From assembly GCA_045638445.1 (NCBI GenBank), contig JAZUBJ010000048.1, positions 1 to 38,286 on the forward strand: 38,286 nt of DNA. The letters are read 5' to 3'. Position 1 is the stretch's first letter. Every line of letters starts with the position of its first letter. Positions 36,954-38,286 of this stretch are shown in pieces. Origin of the DNA: Bacilli bacterium (GTDB lineage: Bacteria; Bacillota_I; Bacilli_A; RF39; UBA660). The notes under the pieces were generated by a model. That model was not told the origin of the DNA and did no database searches. It saw only the letters and a list, made by a program, of their open reading frames with translations. Both the position numbers and the translations under genes were made by a program.

Positions 36954-38018
36954 TTATCCAGATAAATATGCTTTAGGAAAGATAACATCACTTGGTAAAA
37001 TAATATTATTAAAATCACTGTCATCTTCATAATATAAATTTGCATATGAAACATGACCATAATAAAGTGTATCATTCTCAATAAAATTATTTAATTTATC
37101 AGTATTATAATCACTAACAATCCATTCATTCCAAGTCATACCAACTTCTGCATTATAAATACTGTTATCAATAGTAAAACTAAATCCCTTTTTAGGCTCA
37201 TTACCATCTAAATAAATACTATCATCAATAGAATATACCAAATCATAATTAGACCAAAGAATAACCTCCCCATCAATACTATAATCATCATAAGTCTCTT
37301 CACCAAAATCAACCCACGTATTAGTATCAATACCCATTTCATCTGCAATCGTTTCATCATTTGTTAAACCATAAGTGACAAATGAAACATTACTTCTATC
37401 AATCATTGCTTGAACACTACCATATTTATATTCGCAAACTAAAGGATTATCAGTTAAAATCAAATATGCAACATAAGCCCCCTCATCAAAATCATCGCCA
37501 AGATCATCTTCAAGTTCAATAAAAGCATACGGATACATTTCATTGTCCCAATCTGGTAGTCTAGGAAGAACTACACTGTTATACATATATAAGGGTATTT
37601 CTATTTCTAAATAATAATTAAAAACACCAGTCCATGTACCATATAATACATCACTTGGCATTGGATCAATAGAAATTGTTTTTTCAAATAACTGTTCATA
37701 AGAATCATTTCCTATTTCACTTATTCCACCAAAATCAACATTTAAAGTTCTTTTATCTTGTGAATTACTCTTATTTGTCAAAATAACACTATCATCAGAC
37801 GTTACATTAATTATATAATCACTGTTCAAAACACCATCTAAAACAACAATTTCACTAGAACCAGGAGTCATTTTTGCTGGTACTGTTAAAACATATTCCT
37901 CATTACCATTTCCCATATATTCAAGTAAAGCACTGCTCGAATAATCCTCACTAGCATAAGATATATAACTCAAAAAAGAAATAAGAATTAAACTAAAAAT
38001 TATTATAATTTTCTTCAT
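36954..38018 (-). CDS. Secreted acidic hypothetical protein
   Basis: Signal peptide MKKIIIIFSLILISFLSYISYA from 38018; TVPAK.TPG and GTWTG.F domain; C-terminal FTID...YNAEVGMTW.EW..S.YN motif. Confidence 0.8.
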   Translation of the reverse strand: MKKIIIIFSLILISFLSYISYASEDYSSSALLEYMGNGNEEYVLTVPAKMTPGSSEIVVLDGVLNSDYIINVTSDDSVILTNKSNSQDKRTLNVDFGGISEIGNDSYEQLFEKTISIDPMPSDVLYGTWTGVFNYYLEIEIPLYMYNSVVLPRLPDWDNEMYPYAFIELEDDLGDDFDEGAYVAYLILTDNPLVCEYKYGSVQAMIDRSNVSFVTYGLTNDETIADEMGIDTNTWVDFGEETYDDYSIDGEVILWSNYDLVYSIDDSIYLDGNEPKKGFSFTIDNSIYNAEVGMTWNEWIVSDYNTDKLNNFIENDTLYYGHVSYANLYYEDDSDFNNIILPSDVIFPKAYLSG

Positions 38019-38053
38019 ATATAACACTATCTTTCTATATAAAATTATATCAC

Positions 38054-38100
38054 AAAACACATAAAAAATACTAAACATAATTGTTTAGTATTTCTATTTA
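38054..38100. repeat. Diverged direct repeat copy 2 (terminator hairpin next to a TG-A-TATAAT promoter)
   Basis: AAAACACATAAAAAATACTAAAC-ATAATT-GTTTAGTATTTCTATTTA. Confidence 0.8.
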
Positions 38101-38286
38101 TTTCTTAGTTTTTTTAATTATTTTGATATTAAATAATAACTTAACAAAATAAATAAATACAAATATTATTAGAAAAGCAAATAAATTAACATATCCAACT
38201 TTACGCATATATAATAAATCTTTAGAACTAAAATGATAAGTTCCAGAACCAATAACACAAGAAATAATTTCATATATTACATTAAG
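38098..38286 (-). CDS. C-terminal part of a membrane protein (begins outside window)
   Basis: Open frame LNVIYEIISCVIGSG...VNLFAFLIIFVFIYFVKLLFNIKIIKKTKK* from the window edge. Confidence 0.6.
   Translation of the reverse strand, partial: LNVIYEIISCVIGSGTYHFSSKDLLYMRKVGYVNLFAFLIIFVFIYFVKLLFNIKIIKKTKK

Noticed and set aside
1-38286. Prophage, plasmid or alternative genetic code
   Set aside because: Core genes are interspersed throughout, there are no phage or replication hallmarks, and TGA ends several genes at ATGA overlaps.

Overview
Very AT-rich bacterial chromosomal segment using the standard genetic code (TGA is used as a stop). The gene content (rplS, ylmH, DUF1292, rnhC, a YjcZ-type peptide, an NPKTG-anchored surface protein) points to a reduced-genome Bacillota member, possibly RF39-like; this is inference. 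Nearly all genes are on the minus strand. Housekeeping genes (lemA, ProX-type deacylase, ylmH, Y-family polymerase plus YolD, signal peptidase I, rplS with its L19 leader, a SEDS protein, tmk-thyA-folA, rnhC) alternate with accessory genes. No CRISPR array, rRNA, tRNA, transposase, integrase or phage structural gene was recognised. Five observations stand out. (1) Two translationally coupled hybrid histidine kinases have complementary catalytic losses, suggesting an obligate heterodimer. (2) An operon encodes a HAD, a CxxC PP-loop ATPase, a DUF3419-like SAM enzyme and three HExxH domains. (3) Surface-protein genes are bracketed by direct repeats of terminator/promoter hairpins (one perfect 42 bp pair, one diverged ~46 bp pair), suggesting insertion at terminators. 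(4) LemA, a GSP-synthase-like ATP-grasp enzyme and a Gly-tailed DUF2207 protein are clustered. (5) ThyA carries an insertion of about 88 aa.
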